Below are positions 52,901 through 64,000 of a stretch of DNA of 64,000 bases, in pieces. Every line of letters starts with the position of its first letter. Positions within the stretch are counted from its first letter, which is position 1. Source of the DNA: the human T2T-CHM13v2.0 reference genome, Homo sapiens. The notes beneath the pieces were generated by a model that saw only the letters and a list, made by a program, of their open reading frames with translations, had not been told where the DNA came from and ran no database searches. The position numbers were made by a program, and so were the translations under genes. Location: NCBI RefSeq assembly GCF_009914755.1, contig NC_060947.1; one strand, given 5' to 3'.

Positions 52901-55900
52901 TTAACTTTTACAAAGAAACAGCTCCTGGATTCACTGACTTTTTTGGAGGGTTTTTTGTGTCTCTGTCTTTGATTATTTTCTGATCTTAGTTATTTCTTGT
53001 CATCTGTTAGTTTTTGGATTAGTTTGCTCTTGCCCCTCTAGCTCTTTTAATTGTGATGCTAGCATGTCAATTTGAGATCTTTCTAGCTTTCTGATGTTCA
53101 CATTTAGTGCTATAAATTTCCATCTTAACACTTCTTTAGCTGTGTCCCAGAGATACTGGTACATTGTCTCTTTATTCTCAATGGTTTCAAAGAACTTCTT
53201 GATCTTTGCCTTAATTTCATTATTTACCCAGGAGTCATTCATAAGTAGGTTGTTCAATTTCCAAGAAATTGTGTGGTTTTGAGTGAGTTTCTTAATCCTG
53301 AGTTCTAATTTGATTGCACTGTGGTCTGAGAGACTGTTTGTTATGATTTCAATTCTTTTGAATTTGCTGAGGAACATTTTACTTACAATTATGTGCTCAA
53401 TTTTAGAATAAGTGCCATGTGGCACTGAGAAGAATGTATATTATATTGATTTGGGGTAGAGAGTTCTGTAGATGTATACCAGGTTCACTTGATCCAGAGC
53501 TGAGTTCAAGTCCTGAATATTCTTGTTAATTTTCTGTGTCGTTGATCTGTCTAATACCAACAGTGTGGTGTCAAAGTCTTCCACTATTATTGTGTGGGAG
53601 TCTACATCTCCGTATAGGTCTCTAAGAACTTGTTTTATGAATGTGGGTGCTCCTGTATTGGGTGCATACATATTATTTAGAATAGTTAGCTCTTCTTGTG
53701 GAATTGTTCCCTTTACCATTATGTAATGCCCTTTTTTGCTTTTTTGGTCTTTCTTGGTTTAAAGTCTGTTTTATCAGCAACTAGGATTGCAACCCCTGCT
53801 TTCTTTGGCTTTCCACTTACTTGGGAAAATTTCTTCCATCCCTTTATTTTGAGCCTGTGTGTGTCTTTGCACATAAGATGGTCTCCTGAATACAGCAAAC
53901 TGATGGGTCTTGACTCGTTATCCAATTTGCCAGTCTGTGTCTTTTAATTGGGGCATTTAGCCTATTTACATTTAACATTAGTATTGTTATGTGTGAATTT
54001 GATCCTGTCACCATGATGCTATTTGGTTATTTTGCACACTAGTAGATGCAATTTCTTCATAGTGTCATTGGTCTTTATATTTTGGTGTGTTTTTGCAGTG
54101 GATCATACCGGTTTTTCCTCTCCATATTTAGTGCTTCTTTCAGGAGCTTTTGCAGGAAAGGCCTGGTAGTAATGAAATCCCTCAGCATTTGCTTGTCTGG
54201 AAAGGATTTTATTTCTCCTTGGCTTATGAAGCTTAGTTTTGCTGGATATAAAATTCTGATTTCAAAATTCTTTTCTTTAAGAACGTAGAATACAACCCAA
54301 TCTCTTCTGGCTTGTAGAGTTTCTGCTGAGGGGTCTGCTGTTACTCTGATGGGCTTCCCCTTGTAGATGATCTGGCCTTTCTCTCTGACTGCCCTTAACA
54401 GTGTTTCCTTCATTTCAAACTTGAAAAATCTGATTATTATGTGCCTTGTGGTTGATCTTCTCATGAATTATCTTAATGGTGTTCTTTTTACTTCCTGAAT
54501 TTGCATTTGAGTCTGTCTTGCTAGGTTGGGGAAGTTCTCCTGGATAATATCTTGAAGTGTGTTTTCCAGCTTGTTTCCATTCTCCCTGTCTCCTTCTGGT
54601 ACTCCAATTAATCATAGGTTCAGTCTTTTTATGAAGGACCATATTTCTTGAAGACTTTATTTTTTCCTTTTCATTCTTTTTTCTCTATTCTTGTCTGCAT
54701 GTCTTATTTCAATAAGGAGGTCTTCAAACTCTGATATCCTTTCTTCTGCTTGGTTGATTTGCCTATTGATACTTGTGTATGCTTCACAAAGTTCTCGTGC
54801 TGTTTTTCAGCTCCATCAGGTCGTTTATGTTCCTCTCTAAACTGGTTATTCTAGCTAGCAATTCCTCTAATCCTTTATCAAGGTTTTTAGCTTCTTGCAT
54901 TGGGTTAGAACATACCTTTTTAGCTTAGTGTAGTTGTCTATTACACACTTTCTGAAGCCTAATTCTGTCCATTTGTCTATCTAATCCTTCATCCAGTTTT
55001 GTGCCCTTGATGGAGAGATGTTGCAATCATTTGGAGGAGAAGAAGCACTTTGGCCTTTTGAGTTTTCAGCATTTTTTTTTTTGTTGACTCTTTCTCATCT
55101 TCGTGTTTGTCTAATTTTCGTTTTTGAAGCTGCTGATCCTTGGATGGGGTTTTTGTGTGGGCCTTTTTTGTTGTTGTTTATATTGTTATTGTCACTTTCT
55201 GATTGTTTTTCTTTCAATAGTCAGGTCCCACTTCTGTAGGGCTGCTGCAGTTAGCTGAGGGTTCACTTCAGGCTGTATTCATCTGATTCACTCCTGTGCC
55301 TGGAGATGTCCCTCAAGGAGACTGGAGAACAGCAAAGATGGGTGCCTGTTTCTTCTGGGACCTCTGACCTCTACAGGCACCAACCTGATGCCAGAATGAT
55401 CATTCCTGCCTGACAAGCCCTGTTGGAGGATCTCACCCAGTTGGGTGGCACGAGGAACTGGACCCATTTAAAGAAGCACTTTGTCCCTTGGTGGAAGGGG
55501 TGTGCTTTGCTGTGGGGAAACCCACTCGTCTGGGCTGCCTGGATTCCTCAGAACTACCAGGAGAAAAGGATAAGTCTGCTTGTCTGCAGAGACCGCAGCC
55601 ATCCCTCTCCCCAGGGGCTCAGGCCCAGGGAGATCTGAATTCTGTCACTGAGCCTCTGTTGGGAGTTATTGGAGATCCTGCAGGGAAGCCCCTTCCAATG
55701 AAGAAGGATGGTTCAGGTTTAGGCCTGAAGAGGCACTCTGGCTGAAGACTGCCACAGCTGGTGTGTTGGGCTGTGGGGACAAGTCTTGGGACCAAGTCGT
55801 CCATCCTACTTGGCTCCAGCAGGGAAAAAGCACAGCCTGGAGCTATAGAAATGGGTGTCGCCCTTCCCCCACTCAGGGAGCTTAGCGTGTTAGGCAGTTG

Positions 55901-56415
55901 CGAGTCCCAGTGCTGGCTGCCACCCCTCCCCCAAGGAGCTCAAATGGCTTAAACAGCAGGCAGTTGTAGCTGGTGCTGGTCACTTTTCCCCCCAGGAGTT
56001 CAGTAAGCTTAAGCAGATTCCAGCTGAGAGGCTGTTAAGAATCTGTGCATTCTGGGCTTGGAACACTAGGACCCGGTGGCATGGATTCACAAGTGGGATC
56101 ATCCGGTCCATGGGCTGCACAGTACAGTGGAAAAATAACAGTTTCCCCAGCTGGATAGCAAACTCACTCACCACCTCCCTTGGCTAGGGGGAGGAAGCTT
56201 TCCTTTCCCATGCGGCTCGTGGCTATCAGGTGGGCCGCCACACCACACTTTTCTTCCTTCTCTCCATGAATCACGCCAGCCTTCTAGACAACTTTGATGA
56301 GAGAACCCGGATCCTTTGGTTGCTGGTGAAAGATTCACACACTTACGTTGTTTTTTTTTTCAATAGGAGCTTCCGAAAGCCGCTGCTTCTAGTCAGCCAT
56401 CTTGACTCCACCCCC
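49968..56415 (-). mobile_element. Full-length (6.45 kb) L1PA8A-like LINE-1, both ORFs disrupted
   Basis: 14-bp perfect TSD aggagtaaaatatt (49954-49967, 56416-56429); 5' start gggggtggagtcaagatggc; ORF1 remnant 54075-54464 (RHIIIRF...YPAKLSF); ORF2 remnants 53719-53925, 53441-53719, 53000-53425, 51919-52398, 51341-51745, 50175-50474; 3'UTR 'acctattgacccatcctctaagttccctcc'. Confidence 0.96.
56396..56404 (-). promoter_or_regulatory. YY1-type motif (CAAGATGGC) at the start of the L1 internal promoter
   Basis: Plus strand gccatcttg, 12-20 nt from the L1 5' end, the known position of the L1 YY1 site; activity not demonstrable from sequence. Confidence 0.6.
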
Positions 56416-56531
56416 AGGAGTAAAATATTAACAATAGATATAGCTGCATAAAAGGTATACAAAAGTTCTTTGTACTATTTTTATTTTTTATTATATTTAA
56501 ATGTGAATTTATTTTCAAATAAAAATGGGTT

Positions 56532-56653
56532 CCTAATAGGAAACTCTAGTAAGCCAATATAATTTCCCCTTCCATTTTGATGATTGGTTTGCCCTAATAG
56601 AAAAATCCAGTAAGCAAATATAATTTTGCCTTCCATTTTGATGGTTGGTTTGC
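56532..56653. repeat. Diverged tandem duplication, 2 x 61 bp
   Basis: cctaatagg...agtaagccaatataattt..ccttccattttgatgattggtttgc repeated from 56593. Confidence 0.9.
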
Positions 56654-56869
56654 CACTTAGGTATAAATGGATGAAGGCCAATAAGATCTGCAGTGGCTTA
56701 GCACTGTGGCCTGAGGATAAGTCAAAGGTGATTTCACATCCGAAGTTGCAAAGGCTTGGGTAGCCTCTAGAAGCCTTGGAATTTAGCTGAAAGAAATGTT
56801 GATAGGTTTTAATTTATTGTTGAAAATTCAAAACTATGGTTAACAGGATATTGCTTAGAAATCATTGCA

Positions 56870-56871
<2 letters not shown>

Positions 56872-56926
<55 letters not shown>

Positions 56927-57111
56927 TATATATACACACACACACATATATATATACACATATATATATACACATATATATATACACATATATATACACA
57001 CATATATATACACATATATATATACACATATATATATATATACACACATATATATATATGCCAATCACACATACATGGGCACATATAAACAATTTATGTA
57101 AGTTATAAATT

Positions 57112-57143
<32 letters not shown>
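56872..57143. repeat. Compound (TA)n/(CA)n/(TATACACA)n microsatellite plus a second (CA)n at 57115-57143
   Basis: Direct reading; source of the YI/CV low-complexity ORFs. Confidence 0.97.
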
Positions 57144-57145
<2 letters not shown>

Positions 57146-57480
57146 TACTCCCTGCTTATCCTCAGGGGATATATTCCAAGACCCCCAGTAAATGACTGAA
57201 ACTGTGGATAGTACAGAATCTATATATACTATGTTTTCTCCTATGCATTCATACCTATGATAAAGTTTAATTTATATATTAGACACAGCAAGAGATAACA
57301 GTAGCTAATAACAAAGCAGAACAATTAAAACAATATACTATAATACAAGTTATGTGAATGTGGTTCTTCTCTCTCTCAAATATCTTATTGTACTGTACTT
57401 ATTTATTTTCAGAACATGGCTGACTGTGGATAAATGAAACTGTGGAAAATGAAACCACAGACAAGGGGGGACTACTACTG
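57143..57480. mobile_element. MER44A-like (TcMar-Tigger) non-autonomous DNA transposon
   Basis: About 340 bp with degenerate TIRs ctgtactccctgcttatcc / gacaaggggggactact..g; internal ggggatatattccaagacccccag...tgataaagtttaattta. Confidence 0.85.
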
Positions 57481-57925
57481 GATACAAATAGGAAATCATA
57501 AATGTGTATGTAATGTTAGTATATTCATCTGGTAAATGCCTGGCAACCAAAAAATGAAGTGCAATACAATAACTACTTCTGAAAACTAAACTTGCTGATA
57601 ATGTCCCAGGTGAGAAGCAAAACTGAGAGAAAACTGTTGCAATTGCATGTTCAAATAGTGTTATGTATGGAAAAAAAAGTAGTGATTTGCCACTATATAA
57701 TAGTGTGGCATCTATTTCAGTTGCTCATGAAGCTCAGTGGTTTTCCACCTTATATAGAGAGAAATACTCTAGCTGCTACTGCTGCTACTATTAGTAGTAA
57801 TAATAATAATAATAATCTAGCAGTTGATGATTCTCAGCCATAAATTCAGGTGTGCAAACATTACTCCTTCTTTCATTTGCTACAACTCATTTTAATGACT
57901 CCGAGCTTTTATTCTGCCTAAGGGA

Positions 57926-57928
<3 letters not shown>

Positions 57929-57967
<39 letters not shown>
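57929..57967. repeat. (CAT)n trinucleotide microsatellite
   Basis: About 12-13 units. Confidence 0.96.
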
Positions 57968-58700
57968 TAGTCATTACCAAGCTCATTAGATTTAGGGTTT
58001 AAACATAATCAGCTAAGGTTGCTGCCCTCCTCCTTCTCCCTGAGAGATGTTATAAAGTGTAGAAGTGGTAGAGCTTACATATTATGGTGGGTGAGGATAT
58101 CTGGTTGTCCGTGGATTTCTGTGTAATGCTGGCTTCCACTGAGAAGCTTGAGGGTCTATTCCTCAGATATAGTCACACATACACCCTCTCGTTACTATGG
58201 TCTGGGATGCCAGTGGTGACATCATTTTCTTTTGCTGACAAGCCTGTTCACTCTTCATCTTTCTCTCCCCAACTGTGAGTCCCTTTAAGGCTCATTGGCT
58301 CTCCTTGGGCCTTATATGTCTCATGTGTGTATGTGCTGGGTGAGTAGAACATATGATCTCTCAGTCCCTCTCCCTGCTACTGGAGTAAATAGGACTTTGT
58401 CGTTAGGATAATCGGGTAAGGAAATTCACTAAATCATTATTACTCTACTGTTCCTATTCCAAGCTGAACCTGGGGGCCTCTCTACAAGAATTGCAGTCCC
58501 CTTGGGCTACATTCTATGAAGCAACACATAGCTGTCCTCTGATCTGAGTTCTCTTCTACCGCAAATGTATTTTTGTTTTTTCCTATTTTATTCCACTATG
58601 GCCACAAACACTCCCAAGCGAGGTTTCAACCCAGAAGGGGGAGATAGGGCAAATAACCTCTTGTGAGAGACTAAGACCAGTATTAATTTGTTAATCTCCT

Positions 58701-60765
58701 TTTATAGACTGAAGCTTTGTGTTTCCCCACAATTCATATGTTGAAGCCCCAACCCCAATGTGACTGTATTTGAAGATAGCCTTTATGGAGGTAATCAAGG
58801 ATAATTAGGTTATAAGAGTGAGGCCTAATATCCCTGATGAACATCGATGTGAAAATTCTCAATAAAATACTGGCAAACTGAATCCAGAAGCACATGAAAA
58901 AGCTTATCCACCACGGTCAAGTCAGCTTCATCCCTGGGATGCAAGGCTGGGACAACATATGCAAATCAGTAAATGTAGTCCATCACATAAACAGAACCAA
59001 TGACAAAAACCAAATGATTATCTCAACAGATGCAACCAAAAAGAGCCTGCATAGCTAAGACAATCCAAAGCAGAAAGAACAAAGCTGGAGGCATCACACT
59101 ATCTGACTTCAAACTATAGTACAAGGCTACAGTAACCAAAACAGCATGGTACTGATACCAAAACACATATATAGACCAATGGAACAGAATAGAGGCCTCA
59201 GAAATAACATCACATATCTACCACCATCTGATCTTTGACAAACCTGACAAAAACGAGCACTGGAGAAAAGATTCCCTATTTATTAAATGGTGCTGTGAAA
59301 ACTGGCTTCCCATATGCAGAAAGCTGAAGCTGGATCCCTTCCTTACACATTATACAAAAATTAATCCAAGAAGGATTAAAGACTTAAATATAAGACCTAA
59401 AACCGTAAAAACCCTAGAAGAAAACCTAGGCAATACCATTCAGGATATAGGCATGGACAAAGACTTCATCACTAAAACACCAAAAGCAATGGCAACAAAA
59501 GCCAAAATTGACAAATGGCATCTAATTAAACTAAAGAACTTCTGCACAACAAAAGAAGCTATCATTAGAGCAAAAAGACAACCTACAGAATGGGAGAAAA
59601 TTTTTGCAATCTATCCATCTGACAAAGGGCTAATATCCAGAATCTACAAAGAACTTAAACAAATTTATAAGAAAAAAACAAACGACCCCATCAAAAAGTG
59701 GGAAAAGCATATGAACAAAACAAGACATTTATGCAGCCGACAGACATATGAAAAAATGCTCATCATCACTGGTCATCAGAGAAATGCAAATCAAAACCAC
59801 ACTGAAATACCATCTCACACCAGTTAGAATGGCAATCATTAAAAAGTCAGGAAACAATAGATGCTGGAGAGGTTGTGGAGAAACAGGAATGCTTTTACAC
59901 TGTTGGTGGGACTGTAAACTAGTTCAACCATTGTGGAAGAGAGTGTGGTAATTCCTCGAGGATCTAGAGCTAGAAATACCATTTGACCCAGCCATCCCAT
60001 TACTGGGTATATACCCAAAGGATTATAAATCATGCTACTGTAAAGACACATGCACACATATGTTTATTGTGGCACTATTCACAATAGCAAAGACTTGGAA
60101 CCAACCCAAATGTCCATCAGTAATAGACTAGATAAAGAAAATGTGGCACATATACACCATGGAATACTATGCAGCCATAAAAAAGGATGAGTTCATGTCT
60201 TTGCAGGGACATGGATGAAGCTGGAAACCATTATTCTCAGCAAAATATCTCAATGACAGAAAACCAAACACCACATGTTCTCACTCATAAGTGGAAGTTA
60301 ATGAGAACACATGGACACAGGGAGGGCAATATCACACACCTGGGCATTATGGGGGAGAGATAGCGTTAGGAGAAATACCTAATGTAAATGATGAATTGAT
60401 GGGTGCAGCAAACCAACATGGCACATGTATACCTATGTAACAAACCAGCACTTTGTGCACATGTACTCTAGAACTTAAAGTATAATAATAATAATGAGTG
60501 AGGCCATAATCCAGTAGACTTAGTGTGCCTGTAAGAAGAGACACAAGAGAGCTCACTCTTTCTCTCTCCATGCTTTCTCAGAAGAAGGATCATATGAGAA
60601 AAAATCTGCTATCTACAAAACAGGAAGCAAGACCAAACCACACATAGAACCCTGCATGGACCTTGATCTTAGGCTTTTCCAGCTTCCAGAACTGTGAGAA
60701 AATAAATTCCTGCTGTTTAAGTCATGCAGGCTTTGGTACTTTGTTATCACAAGTAGAGTAAGACA
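58701..60765 (+). mobile_element. MLT1A-like MaLR LTR split by an L1 (pieces 58701-58829 and 60496-60765)
   Basis: aattcatatgttgaagccccaaccccaatgtgactgtatttgaagata...|...cagcttccagaactgtgagaaaataaattcctgctgtttaag...taagaca. Confidence 0.85.
58830..60495 (+). mobile_element. 5'-truncated L1PA5/6-like element with a large internal ORF2 deletion at about 59035
   Basis: ORF2 frames 59453-59827 and 59748-59951; (AAT)n tail; imperfect TSD gagtgaggcc(a)taat at 58816-58829 and 60496-60510. Confidence 0.92.
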
Positions 60766-60866
60766 TCTCTCAATTCTGTATTTGCCAGCTTTGGCTCATT
60801 GTGGGTTGAAAAGCTAGCTCTAACTTTATCATGGAGGCATCCCTAATCTATACTAATACTATATAC

Positions 60867-61046
60867 CGGTATATCTCAAACTTGAGCATGCATGAGAAAA
60901 ACCTGGAGGACTTGTTAAACGTCAGATTGTTGGGCCACACCACAGTTTCTGATTCAGTGTCTTAGGAACTAAGATGTTGTACTTCTAACAAACTCTCAAG
61001 TGATACTAATACCTCTAGAACAGGAACCACACTCTGTGAACCACTG
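60867..61046. mobile_element. MER5A (hAT-Charlie) MITE
   Basis: 180 bp, ...tctcaaacttgagcatgcat...tttctgattcagt...ttctaacaaactctcaagtgat...gaaccactg; 8-bp TSD ctatatac/ctatacac. Confidence 0.87.
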
Positions 61047-61429
61047 CTATACACTACAGTATATTAGTGTAAAATACTTACACTTTAGAATAAACTTTTA
61101 CTGCATTAGCCTGCAAGTATCTGTAGACTTTTAATTCAAAATCAAGTTTTTAAAACTAAAACAAAAAGCAAACAACTCTTTCTTCTCAGAAAGTTTAACT
61201 TTTGCAATTCAAAAGTGCCTTCACTTTCAAAATTATTATCTTTTCTGAGTTTTTAAAAATCTGTTTAGAAACACAAGTGATTTTGTTCTTGAGGGGTTCC
61301 TTTGGGTGAAAACTTTCTCCAGATAATTTGAAAGCCAATGATTCAGTAGGTGAAGGGTTTCACAGAAGCATGAAAATGCAGGAAAGAAAAACTTTAGTTA
61401 TCTTCAAATTTGATCCTCCCACAAAAATA

Positions 61430-61685
61430 ACTACCACTTATTTAATGTTAATGCCAGGCACTGTACTGTGTAATTATTTCTATTTTATCATTTATTTCTC
61501 ACAATAAATTTCTTCAATATATATGACATTTTTGTTATTGTTATTGAAGTTGTTGTTCCCAGTTACAGATGAACAAAATGAGGCTTAGAGAAGTTAAGAG
61601 ACTTACCTAAGTTTTCACAAGTAAGTGGCAGAGATGGAATTCTCAGGCTTGCCTGACCACAATTCACTCTTAACCACTGCTAGAA
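61430..61685 (-). mobile_element. MIR SINE
   Basis: atgccaggcactgt...ttacagatgaacaaaatgaggcttagagaagttaagagacttacctaag. Confidence 0.75.
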
Positions 61686-62814
61686 AGCCTTTCTGACAGA
61701 ATTGGTCATTGTTTTCTTTCAAGAAATGTTTGTTATGACTAAAAAAGGAATTACTTACACTTATTCAAACTTACTTACTATGTCATTTTTCTTTTGTAAG
61801 GCACATTCAAGCTAAATATTAGGAAAAATGCTCAAGTTAGATGTATTAGACTGTGAAATTACCTCTCACTGGATGTGGTCACAACTTCATGCCCTTGATA
61901 TTTTAAGTAGAGGATACAGAGCACTGGGTCATGTACTATCTGAAACAATTTAATATGAGCAAGGAGATTGACCTCATAATCTTTCGATGTTTAATTTTTA
62001 ATAGATACCTTAATATTTGATTTCTTTTGATTCTAGTTTCACATTTGTTTAGTCATTTCCAGTATTTCTTCAATGGTGAACAAATGTTTGCTTTGGTCTG
62101 ACCCATTATTCACGGGAGATTCACACTAGAAAATGTGGTTATGGGAGCCCCACTCAAATGCCAATAAGATGTATCTGCGTATCTTCCTCATTCTCCTTAT
62201 GAACACTATGGACACTGGACACAACATACCATCTGGCAGTGGGGAGAGAAACAGCATAAAAATGAGATATGCGTGTGTAGACAAAATATCGATGAATGAA
62301 TCTCTGAAAGCTAAGATGAAGGTGAAGCAAAACAGTCAGGTAGATCATTCTGATACTTGTGTTAGTGCTAAAATTATGTTCCCCTACTTTCTTTTTTTTT
62401 TTTTTTCTGATGACAGCAGTGCAGGTGACGAAAAATACTTTCAATTTTGCTGCTGACACAAATACTGAAGCACAGAAACCAGGTTCCAGTTTGCTGCTGA
62501 GAAAGCAACCTTCCCTCCAGATAAAAGAGAGGATATAATGATATTCGCCTGTTTATGGCACAATCTGTAGTTTATACTCAAACTAGGGTAAGGGGGTTTG
62601 GAAAACAACTAAATGGAAATTCAATAAATGAAATGTGAGTAATGTGAACTTTACTCCATTCTTTTATGGAGTTTTCTCACCCTTTGCACTGATTTTGATC
62701 TGCAAGTCTAGTGTAAGAATAAGAGGAGAAAATTCTTGAATCTCTGGTTACTAATCTTCATATATATATTTATGTTTTATATATATATATGTTATGTATA
62801 TAATAGATAAAAGT

Positions 62815-63058
62815 CAACATATATAGAGTGCTTACTACATACCAAACACTTTGTTAAGCATCTTTATCATTTATTTCTCACAACCACCTCATGAGATAGA
62901 TACCATTATTGTCTCCACTTTTACAGATGGGGACACAGGTTTAGAGAAGTCGAATGACTTTTCTAAGGTCACACAGCCAGTAGGTGGTGATGCTAGGATT
63001 CAAACAGGCAATCTGATTTCAGAATCTGTGCTTTTAATAATCATGTTATATTGCCTCT
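62815..63058 (-). mobile_element. MIR SINE
   Basis: gagtgcttactac...cacaaccacctcatgagatagataccattattgtctccacttttacagatggggacacagg...aaggtcacacagccagtaggtgg. Confidence 0.82.
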
Positions 63059-63174
63059 CACCTACAGTGCTTAAACAAAAGATAAAGGGCAGTAACTTGA
63101 TCACTGTTATGTAGTAAGGACTGGAAAAGTTTATCAAAAAATTATCTCTGGTGTGGATCTCCCCATTTGTAGTT

Positions 63175-63400
63175 TATTAAGTGCCTTTACTCAAATTTAC
63201 AAATTTTAGATTTACATACTCCCTTATTTGATTTCACAACAATCTTAAGCATTGGCAAGGCAAGCAAATTTACTTCCATTTATCAGATAAAGAAACTGAA
63301 TTTCAGAGAAATTAAGTAAATATATTAAATCTACACAGCTAATAAGACACAAACAAGATTTGAACTCCAAAACAAGTGTACTTTCTGCTGTGACATACTG
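63175..63400 (-). mobile_element. MIR SINE
   Basis: ccatttatcagataaagaaactgaatttcagagaaattaagtaa...acacagctaataag...gatttgaactcca. Confidence 0.72.
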
Positions 63401-63420
63401 CTGCTACATATCTGCTAGAT

Positions 63421-64000
63421 ATGAAGGAATTAAGAAGGAAAGTGAAAATTTTTTTGAAACAAATGATAATAGAAACACAACTTACCAAAACCTATGGGAT
63501 TCAGCAAAAGCAGTAGTAAGAGGGAAGTTTATAGCTATAAGTGCCTACATCAAAAAAAGTGGAAAAATTTAAAGTGAACAATCTAATGATACATCTTAAA
63601 GAATTAGAAAAGCAAGAGCAAACCAAACCCAAAATCAGTAGAAAAAAATAATATATATAAAAGTAGAGATAAATAAAATTGAAATAAAGATACAAAAAAA
63701 TATTGGATCCCTTCCTTACACAATATACAAAAATCAACTCAAGATGAATTAAAGTCTTAAATGTAAAACCCAAAACTACAAAAACCCTGGAAGACAACCT
63801 AGATAATACCATTCAGGAGATAGGCATGGGCAAAGATTTCATGATGATGATGCAAAAAGCAATTGCAACAAAGGCAAAAATTGACAAATGGGATCTAATT
63901 AAACTAAAGAGCTTTTGCACAGCAAAAGATATTATCAACAGAGTAAACAGACAACCTACAGAATAGGTGAAAATTTTTGCAAGCTATGCATCTGACAAAG
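63421..64000 (+). mobile_element. Two abutting L1 ORF2 fragments (about 63421-63700 and 63703-64000); the second runs off the window
   Basis: [29 protein letters not shown] frame, then a jump to tggatcccttccttacac...gacaaatgggatctaattaaac. Confidence 0.87.

Larger units (their letters stand above)
49150..56525 (+). mobile_element. L1MC4-like 3' end (pieces about 49150-49967 and 56416-56525) split by the full-length L1PA8A
   Basis: ggagaaatgactgatgccagagctagggtaggg...atgagcctgaaa; resumes with aaggtatacaaaagttctttgtactattttt...aaataaaa. Confidence 0.68.

Noticed and set aside
56809-57143. Tyr/Ile/Cys/Val-rich ORFs
   Set aside because: These are translations of (TA)n/(CA)n microsatellite.
62085-62456. 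LLWSDP (PPP phosphatase-like motif) in a plus-strand frame and the 107-aa ORF 62133-62456
   Set aside because: A stop follows within eight codons, no other PPP motifs (GDxHG, RGNHE) are present, and the ORF resembles nothing I recognise.

Overview
This is primate (human or great-ape-like) nuclear DNA, AT-rich, CpG-poor and dominated by interspersed repeats. By eye roughly three quarters is transposon-derived, mostly LINE-1 of many ages, as in L1-dense intergenic or intronic territory such as G-bands or the X chromosome. I found no intact protein-coding gene, RNA gene or CRISPR-like array; nearly all ORFs in the track are decayed L1/Alu/MaLR frames or chance frames. Well-supported contents: a full-length L1PA8A-like element with a 14-bp TSD (49968-56415), a complete MSTA MaLR provirus (12963-15347), two twin-primed 5'-inverted young L1s, nested Alus, MLT1/MLT2/MST LTRs, MIRs, MER44A and MER5A DNA-transposon fossils, and an ancient class III-like retroviral pol remnant with a readable HYIDDIL motif (about 33730-35870). 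The least ordinary observations are (i) a TSD-bounded L1PB1 built as 5'UTR + inverted ORF2 piece + 3' end, (ii) probable short L1 3' transductions, (iii) repeated fold-back palindromic insertions and captured L1 snippets resembling templated break-repair scars, and (iv) a weak exon-like unique segment near 61.9-62.2 kb. I see no evidence of a new biological system. Subfamily names come from recalled diagnostic motifs and need RepeatMasker/Dfam confirmation; boundaries without TSDs are approximate.
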